Shown here one piece after another: positions 30,693 to 41,200 of a DNA stretch of 64,000 bases. The position numbers and the translations under genes are program-made. Location of the stretch: NCBI GenBank assembly GCA_052168235.1, contig JBQLZK010000016.1:32001-96000 (forward strand), given 5' to 3'. This stretch comes from Thainema sp. GTDB taxonomy: Bacteria > Cyanobacteriota > Cyanobacteriia > Phormidesmidales > Phormidesmidaceae. The notes below the pieces were generated by a model, which did no database searches, was not told the DNA's origin, and worked only from the letters and a program-made list of their open reading frames with translations. Positions within the stretch are counted from its first letter, which is position 1, and every line of letters starts with the position of its first letter.

Positions 30693-31415
30693 TCAGCATC
30701 CTTCAAAGATAGGGGTCTGCAAGTGAGGCAAAGCAGAAGCGCTAACACCCTCGACGAGGGTGCGTCGCAGCATTGGATTATCACGATGGGAAAATCCGGC
30801 TTCACTATCGGGGTGAAAGACGACAGCCGTTAAGCCCTTGTCGCCTGTACAAAACCGATGCTCATAGTCTGCGGGAATTAAAAAAATATCCCCCGGCGCG
30901 ATCGCATCACCCCCTTCTGGCGTCTCAATATACCCCTCACCACCCACCACAATGCCGATGCGGTAGCTGGGATGAGTGTGTGCAGTTTGCTCAATTTGAG
31001 GTGGCAGATACATGGCGTGCAGGCAAGGCTCTCCCAGCAGGGGCGGCGGAATCAACACGCTATTAGTGCCGCCGTTGATATAGGCCAAGCGTCCCCGCTC
31101 TTCAATTGGCCCTCCTAAACTAAACACGCCAGCATAGTCAGGGCACGTAATCACGATTCCGGCTGAGGTGGTGCCGTCGAGAACGCCCGCTGCGGGTAAG
31201 CAAAAGTACATGCCAGCTTGCAGGGGAAAAGGCGGCTGAGCCGAGCGATCGCCCCGGTGCAGTTTAGCCTCGCCTTGAAAGACATAGCCAAAATGAGTGC
31301 CCGTTGATGAAAGCTGAAGCGTTGTTTGCTGCCAGCTTCTGAGCGTGGCGGGCAAAATACCGTGGCTTAAATCTTGACAGTGGGGACTGTGAACGGAAAA
31401 GAGCTTCAACGTCAT
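30693..31415 (-). CDS. Cupin-domain protein
   Basis: QTAHTHPSYRIGIVVGGEG and PGDIFLIPADYEHRF. Start overlaps the NACHT stop (ATGA). Confidence 0.8.
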   Translation of the reverse strand: MTLKLFSVHSPHCQDLSHGILPATLRSWQQTTLQLSSTGTHFGYVFQGEAKLHRGDRSAQPPFPLQAGMYFCLPAAGVLDGTTSAGIVITCPDYAGVFSLGGPIEERGRLAYINGGTNSVLIPPPLLGEPCLHAMYLPPQIEQTAHTHPSYRIGIVVGGEGYIETPEGGDAIAPGDIFLIPADYEHRFCTGDKGLTAVVFHPDSEAGFSHRDNPMLRRTLVEGVSASALPHLQTPIFEGC

Positions 31416-33760
31416 AACAAATGTTTCGGAGGTTGAGGAGCTGCGATCGGTGCAAATAGCGCTGCCTGCAATTCTCGGCGTCCCTTAGGAGAGAGCATAC
31501 AGCCATCGCTATTGAGGCATTCCACCAAGAGCTGGGTGGTGTGGTAGTACTGTTTGAGCTGTTCTTTCTCGGCGGGGTTGAACTGCCACGATCGCCCGAT
31601 GTGATGCCGATGTTTGGCGAATTCTCGGGCTTTGTCGGCAATTTCTCTCACGGTTTCATCGTCCTCCGAGTGTCCTTTGAGCCGCTGCAACAGCATTTTC
31701 AGGGTGTCGCGTTCGCTGGCATCCAGACTGCGAGAGTCAAGGGCAATATTGATGGCAATTAGCATCACCGCATTGGCCGAAGGGGCTGCCGTAATTTTGG
31801 CGGTCGGGTCAGTCACATTCTCATCATAGGCTTGGGTGATGGCAATCGCTTCAGCCAGACTGATTTCATCCATCATGCGGGTGAGAAAGCTAGCGCAAAC
31901 CAGGCGATTGGCGGTGCGATCAATGGCTAGGGCGACGGTACGGTTTTCATCAATATCAAAATCAATGTCGAAGCAAAAGGCCCGTACTGCAGCGGGTTTG
32001 AAGTCAGCAAATTCGGGAGCGGCAGCGCGATCGCACACCTCCTGCAAAAACTGCTGCAACCGCTCTGACCCAGCCAGCAGTTGATCAAGCGTCCGCTTTA
32101 GCGGCCCCAGCAGCAGCGAGGCGTCGCGCAGCATTTCTGTCGCTAGCAAGATCACTTCGCGCCAGCGCTTGTCAGATCCATGCGCCGCTAGGTTTTGCAG
32201 TGCCGTTTCGAGCGATCGGCTGTTCTGCACAATTTCTCGTGCCGTAAAGTACTCATGAAACGTCAGGTGAGAAAAGGAATAAATACCCTTGGCGCGCTCA
32301 ATTAGCAGCCCATGTTGCGCTTCAATAGAACGCAGGATTATCTCACTATCAATCTGTAGCGTTTCCGGCTCATCGGCTTCAGATAAGTTACAAATATAAT
32401 CGGCAATATACTGCTCAGTGATCGCTTGTTTGAAGAAATAATCTTTTCTTTGAAAGGTAACGAGAGCGATGTAACTTAATAAGTCTTCTTTACGCAAGTG
32501 TGATAGTTTTTTGTACACCTGATCACGCTGAATACCCCGCTTAGCATCCCATTTTTTTAGCAAGGCATCAACGCCTTCTTTATAGAGTTCGAATCGACTA
32601 TTTGGGAAACCACCCGACTCTTCAAACGCCAGGCAAATCAGCGTTAACAGTAGTGGACTGGTGGCCAGTTGCTTAATCGGAGGATGCTGCTCAAGCTCTC
32701 GGAGAAAGCGCTTGGGGGGAATGGCATGTAGCTGAAACCATTTAGACGCGAAGATAGCAATTTGCTCATCATCAAAATCAGCTACCTCCACTTCGGTGAA
32801 TTTTTCAAAGACGTAGTCCCAGGCGGCGATACGACAGGTTATCAAAAACTGATTGTGGCGAAACTGTTCGGAAAAGCTGCGAATTTCTTTGATCACTCGG
32901 GGGTGATCTTCCGATCGCACTTCATCCAATCCATCGAGCAAAATCAAAGCCCTACCCGCTGCAAAGACTTGATAAAAGTCATCTATCCAGTGATCCTGAG
33001 CGATCGCGAGATCGGCAGGTAAATAATGATTTAAATCGCGGCTGATATACTCTAAAAAATTAGGTTTACCCTCCGCTTCAGCAAAGTCCTTTAATGTGAC
33101 AAAAATCGGCAGGTGATCGGGTTCAAATTGCCCTTCATTACACTGAATCGCCAAATGTTTTAAGAACGTGGTTTTACCCGCACCTGGCTTCCCTAAAATA
33201 ATTAACTTTTTGTAGGTTTTGACGGCATCCAGCGCAGGCACTCGTTCTTCAGCCACCCTACCTAGCCCCAACCGATCAAAATCTTCGGCCTCGCAGGCTT
33301 GTAGCAACTCATCTAGGGTTTGGTGGCGGCGTCCAGTGATTTGCTCCAGCACATTCACGCTGGTGTAAATGTCGTTCACCTGAATGGGATATGACATATC
33401 CAGCACGCGCATCGTGCCGCAACGCTCTTGCACACTGGCGTACAGCTTTTGGCGCAAGGTTTGCACCAGCGCACTGAGACTACCCAAATCAGAGTTAACG
33501 GAGTGGGTTGGGCTAAGGTGCGATCGCGCTACAGACGGCGGTACCAACCCAGCAATTTCTTGCCAGTTCAGCCCCAATTGTTCGCACACCCGTATAAAGA
33601 TGTTCTGGGAAACCGCTTCGCCCTGAAAAAACTTGGTAATGGGCTGACGACTGCAACCGACTAGCGCCACGAGATGTTTTTGGGTCCATCCGGCTTTCAG
33701 GAGGGCCTGATGGGCAGTCTCAATTCCTGTGGGGGATGCGGTGAGGGAGGGCTTAGCCAT
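31412..33760 (-). CDS. HTH-NACHT (STAND) NTPase
   Basis: N-terminal XRE-like HTH (WTQKHLVALVGCSRQPITKFF), Walker A GKPGAGKTT, Walker B LLDGLDEV, ITCR, SPLLLTL, FSHLTFHEYF and WREVILL. Confidence 0.9.
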   Translation of the reverse strand: MAKPSLTASPTGIETAHQALLKAGWTQKHLVALVGCSRQPITKFFQGEAVSQNIFIRVCEQLGLNWQEIAGLVPPSVARSHLSPTHSVNSDLGSLSALVQTLRQKLYASVQERCGTMRVLDMSYPIQVNDIYTSVNVLEQITGRRHQTLDELLQACEAEDFDRLGLGRVAEERVPALDAVKTYKKLIILGKPGAGKTTFLKHLAIQCNEGQFEPDHLPIFVTLKDFAEAEGKPNFLEYISRDLNHYLPADLAIAQDHWIDDFYQVFAAGRALILLDGLDEVRSEDHPRVIKEIRSFSEQFRHNQFLITCRIAAWDYVFEKFTEVEVADFDDEQIAIFASKWFQLHAIPPKRFLRELEQHPPIKQLATSPLLLTLICLAFEESGGFPNSRFELYKEGVDALLKKWDAKRGIQRDQVYKKLSHLRKEDLLSYIALVTFQRKDYFFKQAITEQYIADYICNLSEADEPETLQIDSEIILRSIEAQHGLLIERAKGIYSFSHLTFHEYFTAREIVQNSRSLETALQNLAAHGSDKRWREVILLATEMLRDASLLLGPLKRTLDQLLAGSERLQQFLQEVCDRAAAPEFADFKPAAVRAFCFDIDFDIDENRTVALAIDRTANRLVCASFLTRMMDEISLAEAIAITQAYDENVTDPTAKITAAPSANAVMLIAINIALDSRSLDASERDTLKMLLQRLKGHSEDDETVREIADKAREFAKHRHHIGRSWQFNPAEKEQLKQYYHTTQLLVECLNSDGCMLSPKGRRELQAALFAPIAAPQPPKHLL

Positions 33761-33850
33761 GAAGTCGCGATCAAATGGTAACTCAAACTCTATCTTACTT
33801 AGCGCAGCCAAAAGACATGCATTTTCGGCAAATCCATGCCAAAAATGGGC

Positions 33851-33928
33851 TTTACTCATCATTAAACAGGATTTACTTGACAATTAAATGATAAATAAAT
33901 AGGATTTACTCATTCATTATTTATCATT
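33851..33928. promoter_or_regulatory. Operator-like repeat array in the divergent NACHT/kinase promoter
   Basis: 12-bp IR AATGATAAATAA (33887-33898) / TTATTTATCATT (33917-33928). AGGATTTACT at 33868 and 33901; TTTACTCAT at 33851 and 33905. Confidence 0.5.
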
Positions 33929-34144
33929 CAGGGATAAGAGATATTTTCAGGTCGCAACCATGCTGGTGAAATTCCTTAGCGCTTCAAGCGCCTTGCCCCT
34001 GCCAGCTGACGGGTAATCGCGAGTGCAAATTGCACAATGTGCCGCCATCCAGCCCTGGTGCAGTCGTCGTCGCGTAATCGGATCTCAAACGCCTGGTTAG
34101 ACCCTTTTTCATCTCAACTCCTCACAAAAACTGAGGCTGAAATT

Positions 34145-35566
34145 ATGGAGCAACTCACTCACCAAATTTTCGGCGACCGCTACCAGGTGCAGTCTTTATT
34201 AGGCCGTCAAGTTGGCAGACAAACGTTTTTAGCGACTGACTTAGCACAGCAAGAAATAGTCGTTTTAAAACTTCTTTTGTTTGGGCCAGACTTCACCTGG
34301 GAAAATCTCAAACTGTTTGAGCGGGAGGCTAATACGCTCAAAGCACTAAACCATCCTGCTATTCCCAAATACCTTGATTCCTTTGATGTTGAGACAGGTA
34401 TTGGGCGTGGATTTGCTCTAATTCAGAGCTATATTGATGCGCCATCTTTGGAAGCCGTTATTCAAGATAGCCGAAAATTTTCTGAAGCAGACGTCACTGC
34501 GATCGCAACCCAACTACTTAAGATTTTGAGCTATCTACATGCTCAAAATCCGCCTGTCATTCACCGCGATATTAAACCCAGTAATCTCTTGATTTCCAAT
34601 ACTTATGGTCATTCTGTTGGTGATCTTTATTTAGTTGATTTTGGCTCGGTACAAACAGTGGCCCACCAAAATAGCGGCACTATCACGATTGTGGGTAGTT
34701 ACGGCTATATCCCGCTAGAGCAGTTTGCCGGACAAACCACCACCGCCTCTGATTTATATAGTCTTGGTATGACGTTAATCTATCTGATCACGGGCGTTCA
34801 TCCGGCTGATTTACCCCAAACAAATGGACGCATTGAATTTCGTCATGACCAAATTAGTCAACGATTTTCTAGATGGTTGGAAAGGATGATTCATCCCCAT
34901 TTGGATCGACGATTTGACTCAGCTCAGACCGCGTTGGCGGCTTTACAGTCTGAAGACGGCAGCTATGGATACTACCTCAATCTTAAGCCCACTATCAGTG
35001 ATATTGAACTGCATCGCGATCGCGATCGCCTGGAAATCGTCATACCAAAAAGTTCTGATGATCCAGCGGGTTTCGGTTGTTTCTTGCTAATGGGTATGCT
35101 GCTCTTTTTGTTTGCCGCAAAATTTTTCATTACTCTATTCTTTCTGCTTCTAGCGAGCCTGTGCTTTTTTGCTAGTAGGCGCAAAAACAGAAAGCTCAAG
35201 GAGGTCATTAAGATTGACAGGAATGACAAGATTAGCCAATTTTTGTGTCTCGGATTTAAACAGTGGAATTTCCAATCTTCGGCCTTTGAGGACATTCAGC
35301 ACTTAATTTACAATCCCGGCTACACCTTTGATCGCTATGTTGATGCTAATGGCAAAACTATACGGAGAGGAGAAGTTAAGGTTGCACCAAAGCTGTCGAT
35401 TTATGCTAGCGACATAGAATATAAAGTGGGCGATAAACTGTCCTTGACCCAGCCAGAATTATGGTGGCTTGCTCAAGAGTTGAGCGACTTTCTTGATCTG
35501 GAAATTAAAGTTATTTACCCCACTCCTAAAGTTCCTCCAGAGCAAACCTGTGGAGGTGGTTGCTGA
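34145..35566 (+). CDS. Membrane Ser/Thr protein kinase (Pkn2-type)
   Basis: VVLK, LFERE, IHRDIKPSN, LVDFG, YIPLEQ and SDLYSLG; TM segment; ends TCGGGC. Confidence 0.9.
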   Translation: MEQLTHQIFGDRYQVQSLLGRQVGRQTFLATDLAQQEIVVLKLLLFGPDFTWENLKLFEREANTLKALNHPAIPKYLDSFDVETGIGRGFALIQSYIDAPSLEAVIQDSRKFSEADVTAIATQLLKILSYLHAQNPPVIHRDIKPSNLLISNTYGHSVGDLYLVDFGSVQTVAHQNSGTITIVGSYGYIPLEQFAGQTTTASDLYSLGMTLIYLITGVHPADLPQTNGRIEFRHDQISQRFSRWLERMIHPHLDRRFDSAQTALAALQSEDGSYGYYLNLKPTISDIELHRDRDRLEIVIPKSSDDPAGFGCFLLMGMLLFLFAAKFFITLFFLLLASLCFFASRRKNRKLKEVIKIDRNDKISQFLCLGFKQWNFQSSAFEDIQHLIYNPGYTFDRYVDANGKTIRRGEVKVAPKLSIYASDIEYKVGDKLSLTQPELWWLAQELSDFLDLEIKVIYPTPKVPPEQTCGGGC

Positions 35567-35596
35567 ATTCAAGCGCTGAACTCAAGCGAGGAGAAA

Positions 35597-36148
35597 ATGT
35601 TGCCAGAACAAAAAGATTTATACGCCAGGATCAGCCAATTTCAGATAAATGAACCGCACGCCCCATTTCCCTTTTCGGTAAAGCTTGCTTGGGAATACCA
35701 GTGGTCAGAAAACTATACCTATCGTGCTATTGAAGAATACAAAAAATTCATGTTTTTGGTGGCAACTACTGATCAAGAACTCTCTCCTTCTACAGTCGTT
35801 GACCGAGTTTGGCATCTTCATTTACTTTACACCCACTCTTATTGGAACGAATTTTGCCAAAAGATTATTCAAAAGAACCTTCACCATTATCCAGCGCCAG
35901 GAGGTGTCGAAGCGGGTTTGAACTATTACCAGCAATATTGCCAAACCCTAGAGTTCTATCGAGATCATTTTGGAACCCCACCTCCTGACATTTGGAATCA
36001 ACCAACATTCAAAAGTGAAGGTGCATTATTTCAGTGGGTTGACCGAGTTCAATACTGGATTATTCCTAAACCTAGCCCTTTGCTGATGCTTCAGGGCATC
36101 TGGCAAAAGCCGATCAGTTTATGGAAAACAGCAACGAGAGACAAATAG
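35597..36148 (+). CDS. Glycine-rich-domain (DUF1399/GRDP-like) protein
   Basis: AIEEYKKFMFL, PSTVVDRVWHLHLLYTHSYW..FC, LHHYP, YCQTLEFY...FG.PP.DIW. Confidence 0.75.
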   Translation: MLPEQKDLYARISQFQINEPHAPFPFSVKLAWEYQWSENYTYRAIEEYKKFMFLVATTDQELSPSTVVDRVWHLHLLYTHSYWNEFCQKIIQKNLHHYPAPGGVEAGLNYYQQYCQTLEFYRDHFGTPPPDIWNQPTFKSEGALFQWVDRVQYWIIPKPSPLLMLQGIWQKPISLWKTATRDK

Positions 36149-36296
36149 TGCGATCGCAATTATTCAGGCTTGGACACTGAGCGAGCACAACCTGAACATT
36201 CGCCCGATCATAAGGATCTACTTTCCCCGCTGCGGAGACTTGAGACGGTGCCTGGCAGCTAGTCGAGATAGTTGTTTGCTTGATATCAAAACTAAA

Positions 36297-36369
36297 AGCT
36301 GGTGACAAGACTCGAACTTGCGACCGGCTGATTACAAATCAGCTGCTCTACCAACTGAGCTACACCAGC
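36297..36369 (-). tRNA. tRNA-Thr(TGT)
   Basis: GCTGGTGTAGCTCAGTTGGTAGAGCAGCTGATT-TGT-AATCAGCCGGTCGCAAGTTCGAGTCTTGTCACCAGCT folds as a cloverleaf. Confidence 0.96.
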
Positions 36370-36546
36370 AAACGTTTTCTAACTATAGCAGATTAGCATC
36401 AACTTAAATTACGATTCAACGTTAATCCAACGTTAAATAGTTGCCTACTCGACACGCACATAGGCTCTGACACGAAGAGAAGACGATACCAATATCAATC
36501 TTCTACTGGTGCAGACATAGGGGTACTTTGGGGCAATTTTTCAAGA

Positions 36547-36620
36547 TGGACGTAACTGGACTCGAACCAGTGACCTCCACGATGTCAACGTGGCGCTCTA
36601 ACCAACTGAGCTATACGTCC
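36547..36620 (-). tRNA. tRNA-Val(GAC)
   Basis: GGACGTATAGCTCAGTTGGTTAGAGCGCCACGTT-GAC-ATCGTGGAGGTCACTGGTTCGAGTCCAGTTACGTCCA. Confidence 0.96.
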
Positions 36621-37246
36621 TAACGGACTTTCAAAGATAGCATGAAGCTCTCGATTAGTGCAAGCAGCTTCCATGTACCGAAATCGTTGCCGATTATGTA
36701 TTCAATTTTACTCTATGCAATGCTCTGTAACATAAATTTGCTTGCACATTTTTTGCCAATTGAATTGGAACGTGAGATGTGAGCAGTTCCCCGGCTGAAC
36801 GTTCAAACCTAACTAGCGAAGAAGCAGTAGACGTTATCCAATCTGAAGCAGGGGTTTGTTCAGCGGATTTTACGTATTGCGTCGTTTTTGAGCACGTTTG
36901 AGGTAAATATGCAAGCCTTGTTCTCACTGAAAATGTCTGGTAATATCCGGCCCTAGATGTGTGTTCTATGTAGAAGAAAAACTTTTTCTGTTTGTGTAAG
37001 TACGTAGAAACTAATGATAAACTCCAGTAAATTCCATCATTCCTCGTAATGACTTCAGTGGAATTACTTGGAAAGGCATCATTGCTCAGAATCATCAGCG
37101 GTGTGGCTCTGCTTATTCAATTAAATAAAACGATAAGCAGATAAGAGGTAGTTTTCAGAAATAATCTGTTCGATTAATCTTTGACGGCTTTTTATTCGGG
37201 CGTTACGATTGCAGATTTCGTAGTGTGTTAAGCACTGTCAGTTGCA

Positions 37247-38266
37247 ATGTCGTCGTGTGACCAGGTGTGTGGAGTGAACTTATTAATACGTAAGGCCAGA
37301 TTTGTCTGGCTATTTTTGGCAGGTCTGATACTGAGTCTGCTACTCGGCTATGCTCAGCAAGCGTCATTTCCGGCGGTTGCTCAGGAATCGCAGACCGCAA
37401 CGTTGACGGTTGAGAATGTTGCAACGGCCAGCTTTACCCCTCCAGGTGGGACTCTTCAAACCGTGACATCCAATACCACAACGTTTACGGCAGTGGTGGA
37501 AGAGTCCGGCTTGCAAATTGTTAAGACCGCTGATCGGTCTGCCGCTGAGCCAGGTGACGTTGTCGTATATCGACTGCTGATCCGCAACACTGGCACTGTT
37601 CCTATCAATAATGTGACAGTGGAAGACGAACTGCCGCTCGGCTTGCGCTACGTTGAGGGTTCGGCACGGGGAGCGATTGGTGTAGAGGGCAATTCAGCCG
37701 AATTTGCGATCGCAGATCCCACCGCCACTGGGCGCACACTGCAATTTGTCACAAATCAAACGCTGCTGCCGGATCAATCGATCTCGATTGCCTATGCGGC
37801 GCTACTGACGCCTGACGCAATTCGAGGATCGGGCCGCAACTTGGCAGTGGCATCAGGTACGACACCGAACGGTCAGACCATCACCAGTAATACCGCCAGC
37901 CATCGCGTCTTCATTCGCCCCGGTATTTTGTCTGATTGCGGCACGATTGTGGGTCGGGTGTTTGTGGATAAGAACTTTGACGGACAGCAGCAGCCCGGTG
38001 AGGCGGGTGTGCCAAATGCGGTCATCTTCATGGACGATGGCAACCGGATTGTCACCGATGCCGACGGTCTGTTCTCGCTGGCTAACGTGATTGCCGGAAA
38101 TCGCTCCGGCACATTGGATCTGACAAGCTTACCGGGATACACGCTGGCTCCAAATCTCTACTGGATTGAAGGCAATAGCCAGTCCCGTCTTGTTCGACTT
38201 CAGCCGGGTGGTTTGGCTCGGATGAACTTTGCCGTCACGCCTGCGTATGGGGAAGGACAGCAATAA
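37247..38266 (+). CDS. Secreted DUF11 (isopeptide-type Ig) plus SdrD B-like domain protein
   Basis: Signal peptide ending AVAQ; LQIVKTADRSAAEPGDVVVYRLLIRNTG..VEDELPLGLRYV; GRVFVDKNFDG.Q.PGE.GV...TDADGLFS. Exact start uncertain. Confidence 0.85.
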   Translation: MSSCDQVCGVNLLIRKARFVWLFLAGLILSLLLGYAQQASFPAVAQESQTATLTVENVATASFTPPGGTLQTVTSNTTTFTAVVEESGLQIVKTADRSAAEPGDVVVYRLLIRNTGTVPINNVTVEDELPLGLRYVEGSARGAIGVEGNSAEFAIADPTATGRTLQFVTNQTLLPDQSISIAYAALLTPDAIRGSGRNLAVASGTTPNGQTITSNTASHRVFIRPGILSDCGTIVGRVFVDKNFDGQQQPGEAGVPNAVIFMDDGNRIVTDADGLFSLANVIAGNRSGTLDLTSLPGYTLAPNLYWIEGNSQSRLVRLQPGGLARMNFAVTPAYGEGQQ

Positions 38267-41200
38267 TGCGATATCTCATGAATGTCAAGTTAGGACTCTG
38301 GTTGCTCTCGTCAATCCTGGCGATCTTTGGCTCCCTCTCGGCGGCTTCTGCGCAGGAGGTGGCATCCGGCTCCGCTGAACCGCCTCGGCTGTCGGACTGG
38401 AAAAACGAGGCGGAGGCGTCGAATACGGCAGAGGATCTGTTGCGATCGCGCCAGATCACGCCCAGTGAGCCGCTGCCTGCGGAGGCAACCTTCAGCACCA
38501 CGACTGAAGAATTGGGCTTTGATCCGGCTGAGGAGGAGGGATTTCATCTATCAACCACAGATGAGGTTGAACCCCAAACAGCTCAGCCAGTACTAGTTCC
38601 CCATCCGGCGACCAATCTCTTTGATCAGGAAACAGGCGGACGGGTGCTGTTTCCCGTGGGCGAACAGGCGACTCCCGCCAATCGGCAGCGGGATATCACA
38701 GGCAGCTCGACTGGAACTGGCATCGGCAACAGCACTAGCAATAACGATCTGTTCGAAGCGCCGTTCAACAATGCATTACCCGGTTCCTCTGATCCGTGGG
38801 GAGCGGGAGTGGATGAGATTACCGGGGAGCGCTTCCGACGGCCCGATGCGGGTGTCTCCGAACCAACGGCCTATGAGGGACTATTTGACTTACCGGATAA
38901 TCCAGTCCTGCCAGCACCTGCGGCTCCTGGTGGGGAAGATGAAGGATTTCGCATCGAAGTTTATCCAATCGGGTTGGGTCGTGCGATCGCAAATGGCCGT
39001 TCTCTAGTTGAACTGGAAGGGATCGTGCTTGGCCCGGACGGGTCGCTGGTCTTAGAACCCGTCATCGTCACGCTGACGGCAACGGCGGGTGAATTTCCAG
39101 GGGCCGACCAGGAACCGGATCGACCGGGCTTCCAGGTGGTGGCGCGGCAGGGTCGCTTTGTGGCGGGTTTGCAGTCAAGTCTAGACGCGCAGCAGGTGCG
39201 GGTGCGAGCTGCGATCGCGCGCAATGATCTGCTGGACGCGCTGGAGTTAGACGAAGAGGAATTCCGCGAGCTGTACGAAGACGATCGCTTCGGTACGGGG
39301 CTGTATGAGAATGAGTACGCTACGCCAACGGCGGTTGCGCCAGGATTAGAGGCGTTTACGCAGGTTGAGTTTGTCACCGAGCTGCGGCCTACGCTGCTAG
39401 CGGGTACGGTCAACCTGCGGATTGGGGAAGCGGGTACGGACTACTGGGGCAGCTTCCGCGAGTTTCTCAATCCGGATGAACTGGATGATGGCGTCGCGTT
39501 TGACCTGTCCTCCGCCGTCTTTGGCATTGGCTCCATCGGCGAGTGGCAGTTCCTGGCTGCCTACAACAGCGAGCGGACGCTGAACGAAACCTGCGACGGT
39601 GGCGATCGGCTGTTCCGCGATACTCAGTTCTGTGAAGATCAGTATCCGGTCTATGGCGACAGCTCAACCGTAGATACGCTGACGCCATCCCAGGACAGCT
39701 TGTTTATCCGCTTCCAGCGGGATTCGCTTACTCCGGGAGCCGAACCGGACTTCTTCATGTGGGGCGACTACGGCACCAGCGAGTTTTCCCGCGCCTCACA
39801 GTTGTTCACGGCTACGAGTCGGAATCTGCACGGCTTCAAGGCTAACTACAGTCTGGGCAATCTCCAGCTCACGGCGCTATACGCTGACAACGTAGACGGA
39901 TTCCAGCGGGACACGATTCCACCCGATGGCACCAGCGGTTACTACTTTGTCTCACGCCGACTGGTGATTCCGGGCAGTGAACAGGTCTTTATTGAGTTTG
40001 AGGAGCTGGGCCGTCCCGGCGTAGTGGTGGAGCGGGAACGACTCCAGCGGGGGCCAGATTACGAAATTGACTATGACCGGGGCGCAATTATGTTCCGGGA
40101 TCCCATTCAGGCCACCGAATTTGACATTTTTGGTAACTCCCTGGTGCGCCGAATTGTTGTCACCTACCAGTATGAAGGCGGCGGCGGTGGCGACTCCGAC
40201 CTGATAGCGGGTCGCCTTCAGTACAACCTGGCCTACGGTTTTGACCGACCGAGCTGGGTAGGCGTTAGCTACTTAAATGAAGACCAAGGCGATCAGGACT
40301 TTGAGCTGTTTGGCTTCGACTTCCTGCTGCCGATTGGTGATGTAGCCTTCATCGAAGGGGAATATGCCCACTCTGACCACACCTCACTGACGTTTGGCGA
40401 TGTTTCGGGCAATGCTTATCGTCTAGAGGCCAGCGCTAATTTCAATGAGGTCATTGCCCTGCGCGCCTACTATCGGACGGTGGATGAAACGTTTGCCAAC
40501 GATTCCACGTTTAGCTTTACGCCGGGACAAACCCGGATCGGTGGAGCGCTGTCAGCGGCGGTTACGTCCACTACACGGGTCAATCTCCAGTACGACTTCG
40601 AGGAAAACTTCGGCATTGCGCCGCTGGTGATTACCGATTTAGACACGCTGCTCAATCCGGGCTTACAGCCAATCCCCGGTTCAGCGGTTGACAATACGCT
40701 GAGTACCTTCCGAGTCGGAGTTCAGCAGGAAATTGGTCGAGCCATCTTCAACTTGAGCTATGTGGATCGCGATCGCAACGATCGCACCCGACCCGATTCT
40801 TCACTGGATACCAATTCCAGTCAGCTCGTTTCTCAGTTGACGGTGCCGCTGGCGGAACGGCTGACGTTTCAGGCATTAAATGCGCTTAGTCTCAGCGATG
40901 GCGACGATCCGCTCTATCCCGACCGGACGGCCCTGGGCTTAAACTGGGCGGCATTCCCTGGCGTCAACTTGCGGTTGACCCAGCAGTTCCTCTACGGCGA
41001 CTCGTTTGATGACACGTCTATCACCAGTTTAGACACGGTGATTGAGCAGGAGCTGGATGAAAATACGACGCTGCGCAATCGCTACTCGATTATTGGCGGC
41101 GTCAACGGCATTCGCGCTCAGTCTGCGCTGGGCCTGAATCACGCCTGGGTGGTTGCGCCGGGACTGCGCCTGAATCTGGGCTATGAGCGAATTAGCGGCG

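Noticed and set aside
33955..34030. GGTGAAATTCC and a GCTGG/CCAGC stem upstream of the kinase, suggesting a cobalamin or FMN riboswitch
   Set aside because: The other conserved elements (GGGAA and B12 box, or the FMN AGGGC/CCGAC segments) are absent. An Rfam scan would settle it.
30593..36369. Integrative element inserted at tRNA-Thr
   Set aside because: No integrase, and no convincing duplication of the tRNA 3' end on the far side.
36694..37095. 133-aa minus-strand ORF upstream of the DUF11 operon
   Set aside because: No recognisable motif; AT-rich, and more likely the operon's promoter region.
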